Below, one piece after another: positions 11,301-23,900 of a stretch of 64,000 nucleotides of DNA. Within the stretch, counting starts at the first letter, position 1. Each line of letters opens with the position of its first letter. The notes under the pieces are model-generated. The model saw only the letters and a list, made by a program, of their open reading frames with translations. It ran no database searches and was not told where the DNA came from. Position numbers and translations under genes: made by a program. Source of the stretch: Azolla caroliniana (Eukaryota > Plantae > Polypodiophyta). Where the stretch lies: NCBI GenBank assembly GCA_043228905.1, contig JBHGNT010000001.1:17732001-17796000 (forward strand), given 5' to 3'.

Positions 11301-12957
11301 AGCCTATACTCCTAGACTACTAGGTAGTCAGAGTCCTCGTAGTTAGTGTCAGCCGCTCGTATGAGCATCGAAGTACATAGTACTTCTATTAGTCCTTTTG
11401 AGGACTTGTATAAATAGTGTTGTTTAGCACGTTGTATGCACAGAGTGATACAGAGTGTTATTTTTTTAATAGAGTTTATGTTCTGCTCTCTCTATCTGTC
11501 TCTCCCGTGTCTACTAAATTCTCTCAAGCTTCCATTGAACTTGTGTTTTCTATTCTCTACTGCTACCCGACTAAACTGGTTTTGTCAAGCTTCCACACGC
11601 TAACTTTTACACAATTGTCTTTGGATTCCTTAAGCTTGGATCTTTTGCAACTTCCTTCATCTTTTTCCAGCTATCTTCCGATAACGGAACTGCAATTGGC
11701 TTGATCTTCCTATCCACCATTTTATATTTTGTGTTGACTTCAGCTTCCTCCATCAAGATGCCTCGATGATATTCATCGATGATAGCATACATGTTGATGG
11801 AGTTAACCAAAATCACATGTTGATCGTGAGGATAGCTCAGGTCCACAACTTCCTCGATTTCGCCAATGGTGTTGTTAAATGAGGCTTCCTCCAAAATATG
11901 AGACACAAATTCTTCTTCTTGGATTATGCTTTCTTCTTTCAACACATTCTCGAAGTCTTGTATCCGACTCTTGTCCGTCATGTTGATTACTGTTAGTTTA
12001 CATGCGCCGCTAGGTGTGATGCATGTGGGGACTTATGATTGCTTGGACTATTTGTGCCCCAAGCTTCAATAGTCCACTTTCAAAATCCGAGGTTTCACCT
12101 CCAAGGCTATCTCGGTTCCTTTCTTGCTTAGATCGCACCGTCAGGAATTGAACAGATCTTTTACTATCAAGACTCTTGACTCGCGCGAAGGATGCTCCAT
12201 TATCAAACACCTTGGTCTCCATCCGATATGATGTTATATACGGTTCTCCTAGGATGAGAGGATGCGAAGCAGAGTCTTGCACGAAGAAGTGTTGATCAAT
12301 CTTCACATCCCCGATCGTGACTTTAACATTGGGGAAAGCTCTATACAATTCCTCTATGGCCTTTGTCGCCGCTCAAATCTTCCATATGTGGTTTGTATTA
12401 ATCGGCCATCTTCCTTTATTGTAGAACTCGATCGACATGAGATTGATCTCCGATCCATGGTCAATCAAGGCTACCATGGTCTAATTCTTCTCCCCGATCT
12501 TCACCGGTGTCTCTGTTGTCGTTCTTGCCCATTGAGGTCGAGAGTAATGGTTATCTGCTACCACTTCTTCTTCTTCCTCCTCTTCCAATATTGCCATGCT
12601 TATGGCACTTGTTTTCACCTCCTCTTCATCTGATTGTTGCTGCTTCCGCTTAATAAGGTCCACGATAGTAGATCATGGAACTCCTTCGTGATCCCAAGCA
12701 GTTCTCTCAAAGTAAGGTCGACATGACTGGTCTAGAAGCTCCTCCTCAAGGAGCTTCTGCAAGTCAGTTGATTGTTCTATGTTCAACCTTAGCTTGTACG
12801 TCGGTGCCGCTTGTTCTTTTCCTTTCTTCCTAATTCATCAACTTCCATCCGAGCAGGTTGGCTCGATCCACAAGGCTTCATGCTTGTTTCTCCAACCTCT
12901 TTTCATGGCGTAGGTTGGGCTTGCCCTTCTTTCCCTGCGTACCTTGTATTGGGACGC
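8366..12957 (-). mobile_element. Degenerate fungal-type Ty3/gypsy gag C-terminus, protease and RT, split by the copia at 9136-11611
   Basis: ALIDHGSEINLMS (PR, ~12434-12472), HVPWNLKP..PYSNRWFTVP, DEFAEAFTGRSIYSIRDLYFGYDQ..MCTLP and PFFDD. The reading RNPKT|IGHVFIEE is restored when the insert is removed. Confidence 0.85.
9136..11611 (+). mobile_element. Internally deleted copia family 2 element (2.5 kb): LTR, PBS, RT C-terminus, RNase H, 3' extension, PPT, LTR
   Basis: LTRs 9136-9577 and 11156-11611; TSD CTATT / CAATT (1 mismatch); PBS TGGTATCAGAGC 9578-9589; VDDLVI..FEMKDLG and YADADWAG..RRSTAG..STEAEY; PPT TTGAGGGGGAG at 11145-11155. Confidence 0.92.
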
Positions 12958-15900
12958 CGTATTTTGGCTTGGTCCCGTCCGACAATCGACATGTCATCCA
13001 CGTACGGAGGGAGTATCAGGAAGTCGCCTCCTTTGAATTTCTTCACAAACACGCAGTGATCGGCCTGCGTCTTGTGGTACCCTTGATCGGTCATGAAGGA
13101 GTCGAACTTCCGGTACCATTGGCGGGGGCCTGCTTCAACCCGTAGAGGCTCTTCTTCAACCGGAAAACCAGGTGCTCCTTCCCTTTCTCCACGAATCCTT
13201 CCGGTTGATGCATGTAGATCTCCTCTTCAACGTCACCATGAAGGAATGCCGTCTTCACGTCCAGCTGCTCTACCTCAAGGTCATCTTTACTACTGGGGCA
13301 AATATCTCGTCGAAGTCCACGCCCTTCTTCTGCTGAAACCCCTTCACCACGATCCTGGCTTTGTATCTCGGGGGTTTGCCGGCATCTCCCGGTTTCAACT
13401 TGTACACCCACTTGTTTCGGAGTGCCCTCTTTCCTTTTGGCAACTCCACCAATTCGTACGTATAGTTCTCATGTAGGGAATCCATCTCATCCTACATGGC
13501 ACTTAACCATTTTCGGCTGTGGGTGTCATCCTTCGCTTCTTCGAAGCTTTCTGGCTCCCCCTCATCGGTTAGCAGCACATGCTCTGCATCCGGAAATATC
13601 TGGGGCGGCCTTCTCTCTCTGAGAGGATATCTCCATCTCTTGGCTTCGGTAACCGGCTCCTCCATTTGCTCTTCATCCGAATCCGATTTGGGGTCTTGGC
13701 CAGTTCCGGTTTCAGCTTCCTCTACTTCTTCTTCTGCCGGTTCGGTATCCTCACCATAACCGGTTGGTTCCTCGAGTGCTAACCGGACTCTTGCCGGTTG
13801 GGTCTGCTCATCGTAGAATCGATCCTTACCGGTCGACTCGGAGTAAATTATCTTCTTCTCCGACTCCAAGTCGGCGAGCAACTTGTCCTCCATGAAGATA
13901 ATATCTCGACTCCTGAATACCTTCTTGTCGACCAAGTCCCACACTTGGTAGCCGAACTCATCGTCGCCGTAACCGAGGAATATGCATGGCCGGATCTTTG
14001 TATCCAACTTTCCTCTCCGGTCCTTAGCTACATGCACATACGCGAGACACCCGAATACCTTCAGATGCCGGTAGGACACTTCCTTACCGGTCCGAACTCT
14101 CTGTGGCGTGTCTCTGTCCAAGGGTACTGAGGGTGATCTGTTTATCACATATGTCGCCGTCGAAAGTGTGTAAGCCCAAAACATCTTGGGTAGTTTTGCA
14201 TGTGCCAACATACTCCGGACCCTCTCCATTATGTTCTGGTTCATCCTCTCGGCCACCCCGTTTAGTTCCGGTGTCTTCGGCACAGTAAATTCGAGCCAGA
14301 TTCCCTTCAAGCGACAGTACTCCTCGAACTGCCCCCGATATTCTCCTCCGTTATCTGCTCGAACTACCTTCATCTCCTGGCCGGTTTCTCTTTCCACTCT
14401 CGCGTGGAGCTCTTTGAAGACGGATAGCACGTGATCCTTCGTCTTCAGTGGTGTGGCCCATAGCTTCCGGCTGTGGTCATCTATGAACGTCACGAAGTAC
14501 TGCGCTCCGGCATGTGACTTCGTGTCTACCTGACACACATCCGTATGCACCAACTCTAGTGGTGCAATACGTCTCATCGGTGGCCTTGGTCGGAAGGAGG
14601 TCCGGTTTTGCTTATCGGCTAGACAGTCAGTGCACTTCTCCAAGTGCACGTTCTTCACTAGAATGAGGTTGTCATCAGCAAGCCTCTTCATCCCCTTCTC
14701 GCTCATCTGACACAACCTTTTGTGCCACAGCTCACCAGTAGTGTCGGATGCCACGTTCCCTTCCTCCGGACATAACCAGGCATTCATCAGGTACAGTGTG
14801 TTTACTTTCTGGGCCCAAGCCACAATTAGCCTCCCTTTGCTGAACTTCATAACACCGTTCTGGATGCTACCCATGTAGCCTTCATCATCTAGCCGACCGG
14901 CTGATATCAGGTTCAGACGAACCTCCAGAACATGTCAGACATCCTTCAGCAACAGCTTGCATCCGGTTGGTGTTGTCAGCCACACGTCTCGTATGCCGAC
15001 AATTCGGCATGTACCTTCATTCCCCATCCGGACACAGCCGTGATCACCGATTGAGTAGGATGAGAAGCATTTCCTTTCCTGGGTAAGGTGGAACGACGCT
15101 CCGGAGTTTACCACCCAAGGCATCTCTTCGCCGGCAAGGTTTATCTCACTCTCCTCGGTGATGAGCATCAACTCTTCTTCGCTTGCCGCGATTGCCGTCG
15201 TTCCCTTCCGGTTCGTTCCCCCCGGTCTTTACCGTTCCGGTCCGGTGTCTGGTTCAAATCGGTACCGTCGGTTTCCTTGCCTTTCCGGAAGTGCCGATAG
15301 TTCTTCTAGAAGTGTCCCGGCTTGCCGCAATAGAAGCAAGTAGGCCTCCCTCTTGACTTTGACCGTGTCCCCGACTTTTCCTGGTTCTAGCGACTACGGT
15401 TTCTTTGTCTTCCGTGTTCCGATTCAGTAAGGAGCACTTTGGAGTCGGAGCTCGTGGCCTTATCTTTCTGACGCGCCTCCTCATCTAGCAAGCTCGACGT
15501 CACTCTTGCTAGGGATAACCGTTTCCCTTCCGGCCCGGCGTTGCCCAAAGGGACAACCAACGTCTCCCAGCTATCTGGGAGGGAACCGAGCAAGAGTAGT
15601 GCTAGTACCTCATCGGCAAGAGGTACTTCCAATGATGTTGCCTGGTGGATCAGCCCCTGGAAGGCTTTCATGTGCTCCGCCATGCTGGAGCCATCTTGGT
15701 ACCGGAGTCTTACTAGTTTCGGGAATATCGAAACCTGATTAACAACATTTTTGTTTTGAAACATAATGCCGATCTTCTCCCAGAGCTCATGAGCCTTGCT
15801 CTCTTCATTGAAGTTGTTGTATAGACTCATGTCGATGAAGCACCGTATGTACGCCTTTGTCCTCATGTGCATCACCTCCCATATCGTGGCGTCGATTTTG

Positions 15901-16844
15901 TCCGTTCTCTTGTCCCCGAACTGAACCGGCAACCAAAGATCTTTAACCACGAGCATGTCCCTCATCTTCGACTTCAACACTAAATAGTTCGAGCCGGTGA
16001 GCATAAACATGCCGCCCAACGATTGGTCCATTTTCTCTGTGGTTTCGCTCTGATACCACTTTGACAGGAACACACGCTCCCGATGAATAACGCTCGACCA
16101 CAAACGAGCTTAGAATCATAAAACATAGAAAAATTGGGGAATGGATGCACGACACAAAAGGAGAAGAGTACACAGGGTGTTTACGTGGAAAACCCAAATA
16201 CGGGAAAAAACCACGGCAACCCACAGACTGCAAACTATCACTATGTCAGAATGAACAAAATGGTAAAGCACCGAGGCAACGACCTCGAGCTTTCTATCTT
16301 CGCCACAAGCGGCAGTTACAATAGAGGTAACGACCTCTTCCTCTCTCTCACTCTCTCTGTACACAGTTGCGCGCTCTAATCTTGCGCCAACAATAACAAC
16401 AACATCACAGACATAAACAACAGTTTGCCCTAGGTCATATTTATACTAAAGTGACTTTTCGGCTATTTACAAATATAGCCCCGATGGACTCTCAGAAACA
16501 TATTTACGAATATGTCCCTTCATCCGGTGAGCACTCTTCACCGGGCCTGCATCATGCGGCGCTTGCCGGGTACTCGTCATCTGGTTCTCACCGGGTCTGC
16601 ACCATCCGGCTCTCCGTAGACGGGTACTCTTCATCCGGTTCTCACCGGGTCTGCACCATTCAGCTCTCCGTAGCCGGGTACTCTTCATCCGGTTCTCACC
16701 GGGTCTGCACCATCCGGCTCTCCGTAGCCAGGTACTCTTCATCCGGTTCTCACCGGGTCTACACCATCCGGCTCTCCGTAGCCGGGTACTCTTCATCTGG
16801 TTCTCACCGAGTCTTCACCATCCGGAGGGACCTGTTTCCTAACA
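12958..16844 (-). mobile_element. 3'-truncated Tork-like copia (copy C, Gag type I) retaining only the 5' LTR
   Basis: 5' LTR 16062-16844; PBS 16047-16058; gag ATG at 16031; PR, INT and RT up to YVDDMSIVGRDQAKIR, then fused to gypsy sequence. Confidence 0.92.
16566..16826. repeat. 54-bp CCGG-rich tandem array (~4.8 units) in the U3 of copy C
   Basis: Unit CCGGGTACTCTTCATCCGGTTCTCACCGGGTCTGCACCATCCGGCTCTCCGTAG; seen as an 18-aa periodicity in ORF 16451-16915. Confidence 0.9.
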
Positions 16845-18663
16845 CGATATACCCGCTCACCATACACTTCAAATGGATGGTGGATCTTGTCTTGATGGCA
16901 ATGGGAGTGGGATAAATGAAGTACTTAGTACTGGCAAGAGAAGACCTAAGAAATCAAGTGGAAGGACGGACCTCGGCAAATAATTCCACGTTAGCTGTTT
17001 GCAAATTTCTACTTGAAGAGGTTGTCTGCCAATACGGATGTGTGGGAAAGATAGTGGCTGACTAAGGGGAGCTAGATGCACACGAAGCAACGGAGTTGTT
17101 TATACGACTAGGTGTAAAGCTCTCCCTCACGACTGCCTACAATCCAGAAGCGAATGGGAAGATCGAGCGAGGGCATGGACCAATAGTCAAAGCCATCATA
17201 CGAGCATGCAAGGGTTGAGTCGAGAATTGGCCATGACTATTGCCCTATGCCTTGTGGGCTAACAGAACTACACACAGTTTAGTGACAGGGTATATGCCAG
17301 CAAAGCTTATGTATGGACAGAAGCTGATAATGCCCATCGAAAGTACGATCGCCTCATGGGTAACGATACCATGGGAGAACGAGATAAGCCGAGAAGAATT
17401 TTTAGTGGCATGGATAAGGCAGCTTGAAAGAAGGCCCGAAGATCTAGAAAAAGCGCGAAAGATGATGGAGGCAGCCCGAGTGAGGAACAAGATTCGGTTC
17501 AACAAGACACGTCAACTTTGTCCTAAGAAGATCAAAGAATGAGATTGGGTATTGGTCTACGACAACAACCTTAACAATCGACATAAGACAACACGGAAGT
17601 TCGTAAGAAGATGGTTCAGACCGTATGTGGTGACGAGTGCCAACGGCAATGCCACATACTATCTTGCGGAGCTAGACAGATCAAGGTTGGCCATACCCAT
17701 TGCGGGAAAAAGAGTAAAGATTTTCAAGAAAAGACAAGACAAGGGTCTTGACCTCGATCACCTCAACGATGAAGATACGAGGATGGAACCTGCAAACTTG
17801 AGCTATATGAAAAAGGACGTGGAGGAATCGGATTGGTCATCATAGCCGAAATCTCACACTCTCTTCTTGGCGTGTACTAGAGGATGTGCGGTTTGGTGGG
17901 GGTGGATGTCATGCAGATTTTCGACATCGGTGTGAAACTTGCGAGGAACATACAAAATCATGTGTGATTCTTCACACACAATATGAAACAATAGTCGAAG
18001 GTATTTTTTTAGATTAGTTTAATATCTTCGTATGAAAAGATGGATGTCTTCAAGAGCTTCCGAATGCATTTTACTACATATGAAACAAACAACTAAATAT
18101 CAAGTTATGTGAGCATGATGTTTGAGAAGAAGAGGAAAACAAAACTGTGAGATATTTCACATAGATAGGGCACATCAGGATCCTAGATTATATAAGCAGA
18201 TCCAAAACTTCTTATTTTATATCTCTATGTAGAGAGCATAGAATGATTAAGTTAGTTCAAACCACATTGTTTGAGAAGAAGAGGAAAACAAAACTTTGAG
18301 ATATCCCACATAGATAGGACACATTAGGCTCCTAGATTATATAAGTAGATCTAAAACTTCTTATTTCATATCTCTATGTATAGAGCATAGAATGATTAAG
18401 TTGGTTCAAACCACATTGTTTGGATAGATAGATGTTGATTAATTTCTTGGAATGGTTTTGGCTCGGTCGGGAGGCGCTTGTGTGCACGGTCGTCTCGCAG
18501 GGCTCTATCGGGATGCGCTTGCGTGCACGGTTGTTGTGCATGACTCGGTCGGGGTTCGCACGGGCCGATCGTGGTTTTGTCGGCTCACACGACTCTATTG
18601 CGGTTCGCATGGCTTGGCCGCAGTTTGATAGCAACAAACGAGTGGTTCGATCGTGACGTATGT
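16845..18663 (+). mobile_element. Fungal-type gypsy integrase core and C-terminus, PPT and 3' LTR (from 17907), interrupted at ~18663
   Basis: KWMVDLV..YLVLAREDL, TTAYNPEANGKIERGH, LPYALWANRTTH, RRWFRPY; GGTGGGGGTGGA then TGTCAT at 17907; ~150-bp tandem duplication at 18119-18417. Confidence 0.85.
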
Positions 18664-19216
18664 TGTCGTGAAGATTTTCGGTTAAACATTTGTAAATACG
18701 AGACTAAAGCCTTGTAAAACTTTGTATACAAAGGGGTGCAAGTAAGAATTTGAACCTTGCAACTCCAAGGTAAGAGCCAATAGGCTTACCACTAAGCGAA
18801 GTCATGTCTTTAAAAGCTATGTTTTCATCATTATACTTTACACGTAAATTCTCATACATTAGAGCTTGGATGAGTGACATGGTCATCATGCACCACATGT
18901 GATGCATGAACACTGAAAGCCAAACATGCATGTCTCGCACCCTCACATGCATCATATGCATGGGGCATCTATAAAAGAGTGGATGAAAAAGAAAGCAAGG
19001 GAGCTATGTACTAATCAAGTAATTAATAATAAGAAAATTAGTTATCCTATTGTTGATGTATCTTCTCCCTCAAATCTAAAGTCAAGGGTTCAATCTGTAT
19101 CTCAATCTATCTTAAATACTTTCTTGCTAAAGCTAGTACAAACTACGAATCCTTCTGGTCCAGGACCCCGACGGTTCCGCCTCACGATCCACACATAGTG
19201 ACGGATTTTCACGACA
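18664..19216. repeat. LTR with 9-bp terminal inverted repeats and non-matching flanks
   Basis: TGTCGTGAA...TTCACGACA; flanks TATGT / TCGCC from different hosts. Confidence 0.7.
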
Positions 19217-19878
19217 TCGCCTTCCGTTTTCAGGCCCTTCACCACACTGAACCACATCCAGGTCCTGGCCTTCTTCTAGTCGGCTCTAGTCTGTTGCTCC
19301 TGCCGCTTGCTCCGACTTGTTCGGATGTGCTGACTCCTTCGGTTAGCTTGGCTTCCTTTTTCTGCTTATCTCCCCCCTTTGTTCTTTCTTCCTCTCCGAC
19401 TCCTTGTCCGATGCCATTACCCGTTTCCGTTCCCATTCTCCCCCACCAAGTGCAGCACATCGAGATGTTGAATGCCAAGAATCTCCAAAAACTGTTGCAA
19501 CTTGTCCGATCCGAGCAGCTTGGTGAAGATGTCGGCAACCTGCCGATCCGTGTGAACATACCGAAGTCCAACTTCACCGATCCGAGAAGCTTGGTGAAGA
19601 TGTTGACTTGTCTTCTTAGCACACCCATCTTAGCTCCTTCGCTACTATGACTCTAGCGCTTGTCGACCCATCGATTCCTCCGTATTGGTGTCGACTTCCA
19701 CTGGCTTCTTGTCTGCTTGGCCTTTAGTTGATCTGGCTCTTCGGAATCCAACTGTTGAACCGAATTGGCTTCCTCCGATTCGTTCTAGCTCTTGTCCGAG
19801 TTGGTAGTCTCCAACTCGTCTTCCAATTTTAGGCCCTTCACCACATCGGACCACGTTCGGGTCTTGGCCTTCTTCCTC
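19217..19878 (-). mobile_element. Scrambled remnants of the copia family 2 RNase H end and 3' extension
   Basis: Homologous to 10490-10960 (IFTKLL, WSDVVKGLK..ELETTNS, RQALES); two segments in permuted order. Confidence 0.8.
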
Positions 19879-20901
19879 ACTTACTTTTCTACCTACCGGG
19901 GAGTTTACATATTATGTCGGGCCATGTCCTTGGCTGCCCGAGTTGTGTGGTGTAGATTTCGATATGCCTCGACTAAGGCCGTGTTTAGATCCGGTAGCTC
20001 CATGAGGAGAGAAGCATTTTGTGCTTGCTTCTTCCGTCCTATCTTTGATGTCGGGAAAAGCTTACCGCACTTATGGAGGACCAAACAAGGCTTTTTGGGA
20101 GATCGCCCGAATTTTAATGGAATACGCCTTTGTGAAAACAAATCCCACGAGTATGCCACAGAATAAAGCTGCCATCATCATCAGAGCATATGAAGGCGAC
20201 AAAATCGATTGGGGAATCATCACCGGCGAAGGAGTCCACGCCGCGCTAGAATCTTTTCAAACCGGTAAGCGCTTGTTACCTGTGATGAATCATTACCTCA
20301 TAGTCCTCTACCCATCTCCTTCGTTTTTGCCTCGTCGCATCCTCACCTCTCCACCACCACCATGGAAACAACAGGAGAAGATTTTGGCGTTAACCCAAGA
20401 AGAATGGGAAGTCACTTCGCCTTCTTCACCTCTCTCGGCCATTCGGAATTCTACTCCCACCTCGACACCACCCCCACCAAAAACACAGAAGCAACGGGCG
20501 TTACCAGGGACTCGTGTCGAATAGGATGAGGCCGAGGAGCCCGTCACTGAGGATGTCACCATACGACAAAAGACACCAAGGACATCGATGCCCTCTCCAC
20601 AACCGAGCCCACGCACCACAAACCAGCAGCCCTCAGGCATACGACAACAAAAGAGGAAACCAGCCGAGGAGCCAACACCACAGGCCCCAGACTGATAGGA
20701 TCAACCGAAAACGAGACGACGCATCAATCGTGAGTAGACCATAGAAATAAAAAATCAAAGGAGGCCAGCATCAGAAATCAAAGGGGGCCAGCCCGATCTC
20801 CACAGCCATGGTACCAGTAGAGTCATGGCTCCAAGTAGGTAGGATCGAGCATGGACAAACAATGCAGATATCAAAGGAGGAAGTCCTCGGTTACAAAGAC
20901 C

Positions 20902-23900
20902 TATTAGGAATTGACCCTTTCAAAACCTTCACCTCTCGGCCACAACCGAGGAAACACGAGTCAATGCAGCAGTAAATCGAAAACACAGAGAGAGACTTGA
21001 ATGCACAGGGTTTAGCGTGGAAAACCCTAGACGGGAAAAACCACGGGAGTGCAAGACTCCAACTATCACTATACGCAGGGAATGTACAATGACGAGCTGC
21101 AAGGCGACAACCTTGAGCTCGCTGTCCTCGCCACAGGCGGCGGTATTACACAGAGGCGTCGACCTCTTCCTTTCTCTCTCTCTCACTCTCTCTCTCGGCT
21201 GCTCTCACTTCGCTCCCTCTAAGTGGAAAACAGAAAAATAAGCAACAACTACAAACTGTTTGCCCTAAGTCATATTTATACACTTATGACTTTCGGGCTA
21301 TTTACAAATATAGCCTCAAGGGGCCCTTGGCAAACATATTCACAAATATGTCCCCGCATCCGGATCTCTCTCCGGGTACATTCGTCATCCGGCTCCGTAG
21401 CCGGGGTCTTCATCATCCGGATCCGGAACCGGGTCTTCATCATCCGGCTCCGGAACCGGGTCTTCATTCCCGATTCCCGGACATCCGACCATCCCATCCG
21501 GAGGGACCGTAATCCCAACAAACTCCCCCTTCACTTCGGCATGGGATGTCTTTCCAGTCCGACCCTCTTCCGGCACGCTTCCAGCTTGTCCGGTGTGAGC
21601 ACTTTGGTCAGCATATCTGACCCGTTCTCGTCCGTGTGGATCTTCGTCAGCACGAACTCCTGGTCTTCTATCCTTTCCCGGATCCAGTGATATCTTCGCT
21701 GGATGTGCTTCGTCCGGGAGTGATAGGCCGCGTTCTTCGCAAGGTGGATGGCACTCTGACTATCGCAGTAGAGTCGGTACTCCTCCTGCCGGATACCGAG
21801 CTCTCTAATGAAGTCCTTCATCCATATCATTTCCTTGCCGGCTTCAACAGCCGCCATGTACTCCGCCTCCGTGGTTGACAATGCAACCGTCTTCTGCAGC
21901 CTCGACTGCCACGAAACAGCTCCCCCTGCATACGTCATCACATACCCTGATGTGGACCGGCTGGTATCTGCATCAGCCGACATATCCGAATCGGTAAAGC
22001 CGTCGAGTTCGGGCTTACCGGAGCCGAATCGGAGGCACACGTTTACCGTGCCCTTCAGGTATCGGAGTATCCACTTGGCCGCGTTCCAGTGCTCTTTGCC
22101 GGGATTGCTCATGTACCGGCTCACCACTCCGATTGCATATCCTATGTCCGGTCTTGTACACACCATTGCGTACATCAAGCTTCCGACGGCAGAGGCATAT
22201 GGTACTTTCATCATGTCCTCCTTCTCAGCCTTTGTCTTGGGGCTTTGCTTGCTGGACAACTTGCAGTTTGCCGGGAGGGTTGACCCGACCGGTCTTGCTT
22301 CCGACATGTTGAACCGGTGAAGCACCTTTGTCACGTACTTCTCCTGTGACAGCCACAACTGCTTCTTCTTCCGGTCCCGGATGATGTGCATCCCTAGTAT
22401 TTGCCTCGCCGGACCCAGGTCCTTCATTGAGAAGGTTCGGTGAAGCGCTTTCTTCAGCATCCGTATCTTGACCTGGTCCCGTCTGACGATCAACATGTCG
22501 TCCACGTACAGGAGGAGTATTAGAAAGTCTCCTCCTTCGAACTTCTTCACAAACACGCAGTGATCGGACTGCGTTTTGTGGTACCCTTCGTCGGTCATGA
22601 AAGAGTCGAACTTCCGGTACCATTGCCGGGGAGCCTGCTTCAGTCCATAAAGGCTCTTCTTCAACCGGCATACCAGGTGCTCCTTCCCTTTCTTCTCGAA
22701 TCCTTCCGGTTGCTGCATGTAGATCTCTTCTTCGAGGTCACCGTGAAGGAATGCCGTCTTCACGTCCATCTGTTCTACCTCGAGGTCCATGCTTGCCGCT
22801 ATGCTCAACACCGTCCGGATGGAGGTCATCTTCACTACCGGGACAAATATCTCGTCGAAGTCGACGCCCTTCTTCTGCTGGAACCCCTTCACCACGATCC
22901 TGGCTTTGTATCTCGGGGGGTTTCCGGCATCTCCCGGTTTCAGCTTGAACACCCACTTGTTTCGAAGTGCCCGCTTTCCTTTCGGCAACTCCACAAGTTC
23001 ATATGTGTGGTTCTCATGCAGGGAATCCATCTCCTCCTGCATGGCACTTAACCACCTGCGGCTATGGGTGTCAAGCTTTGCTTCTTCAAAACTCTCCGGC
23101 TCCCCCTCGTCGGTTAGCAGCACGTGCTCTGGTTCCGGAAATCTCCGGGGGGCCCTTCTCTCTCTTAGAGGATATCTCCGTTTCGGAGCTTCGGTAACCG
23201 GCTCCTCCGTTTCCTCTTCATCCGAATCCATTTCGGGATCGGGGCCGGTTCCGGTATCAGTTTCATCTTCCTCGGCCGGTTCTGTTTCTTCACCGTCTTC
23301 GGCCGGATCCTCGAGTGCTAACCGGTCCCTTGCCGGTCGGGACTGCTCCTCGTAGAGTTGATCCTCACCGGTCGACTTGGAGCTCTTCATCTTCTTCTCC
23401 GACTCCCAGTCGGCGAGTGTCTTGTCCTCCATGAAGATGATATCACGACTCCGGAATATCTTTTTGTCGACCGGGTCCCATACTCGGTAGCCGAACTCGT
23501 CATCGCCGTAACCGAGGAATATGCATGGCCGGGTCTTTGGATCTAGCTTTCCTCTCCGGTCCTTTGCCACATGCACATATGCGAGACACCCGAACACCTT
23601 CAGATGCCGGTAGGATACTTCCCTACCGGTCCACACTCTCTGCGGCGTGTCTCCGTCCAAAGGTACTGAGGGTGATCTGTTTATCACGTATGTCGCCGTC
23701 GACATTGCCTCAGCCCAAAACCCCTTGGGTAATTTCGCATGCGCCAGCATACTCCGGACCCTCTCCATTATGGTCCGGTTCATCCTCTCGGCCAGCCCGT
23801 TCAGTTCCGGCGTCTTCGGCACAGTAAACTCGAGCCGGATTCCCTTCGAGCGACAGTACTCCTCGAACTGCCCCCGGTATTCCCCTCCGTTATCCGCTCG

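Noticed and set aside
16451-16915. Repetitive ORFs and CRISPR-like periodicity in LTR arrays
   Set aside because: These are head-to-tail repeats without unique spacers inside LTRs, with no cas genes, in a eukaryotic TE context.
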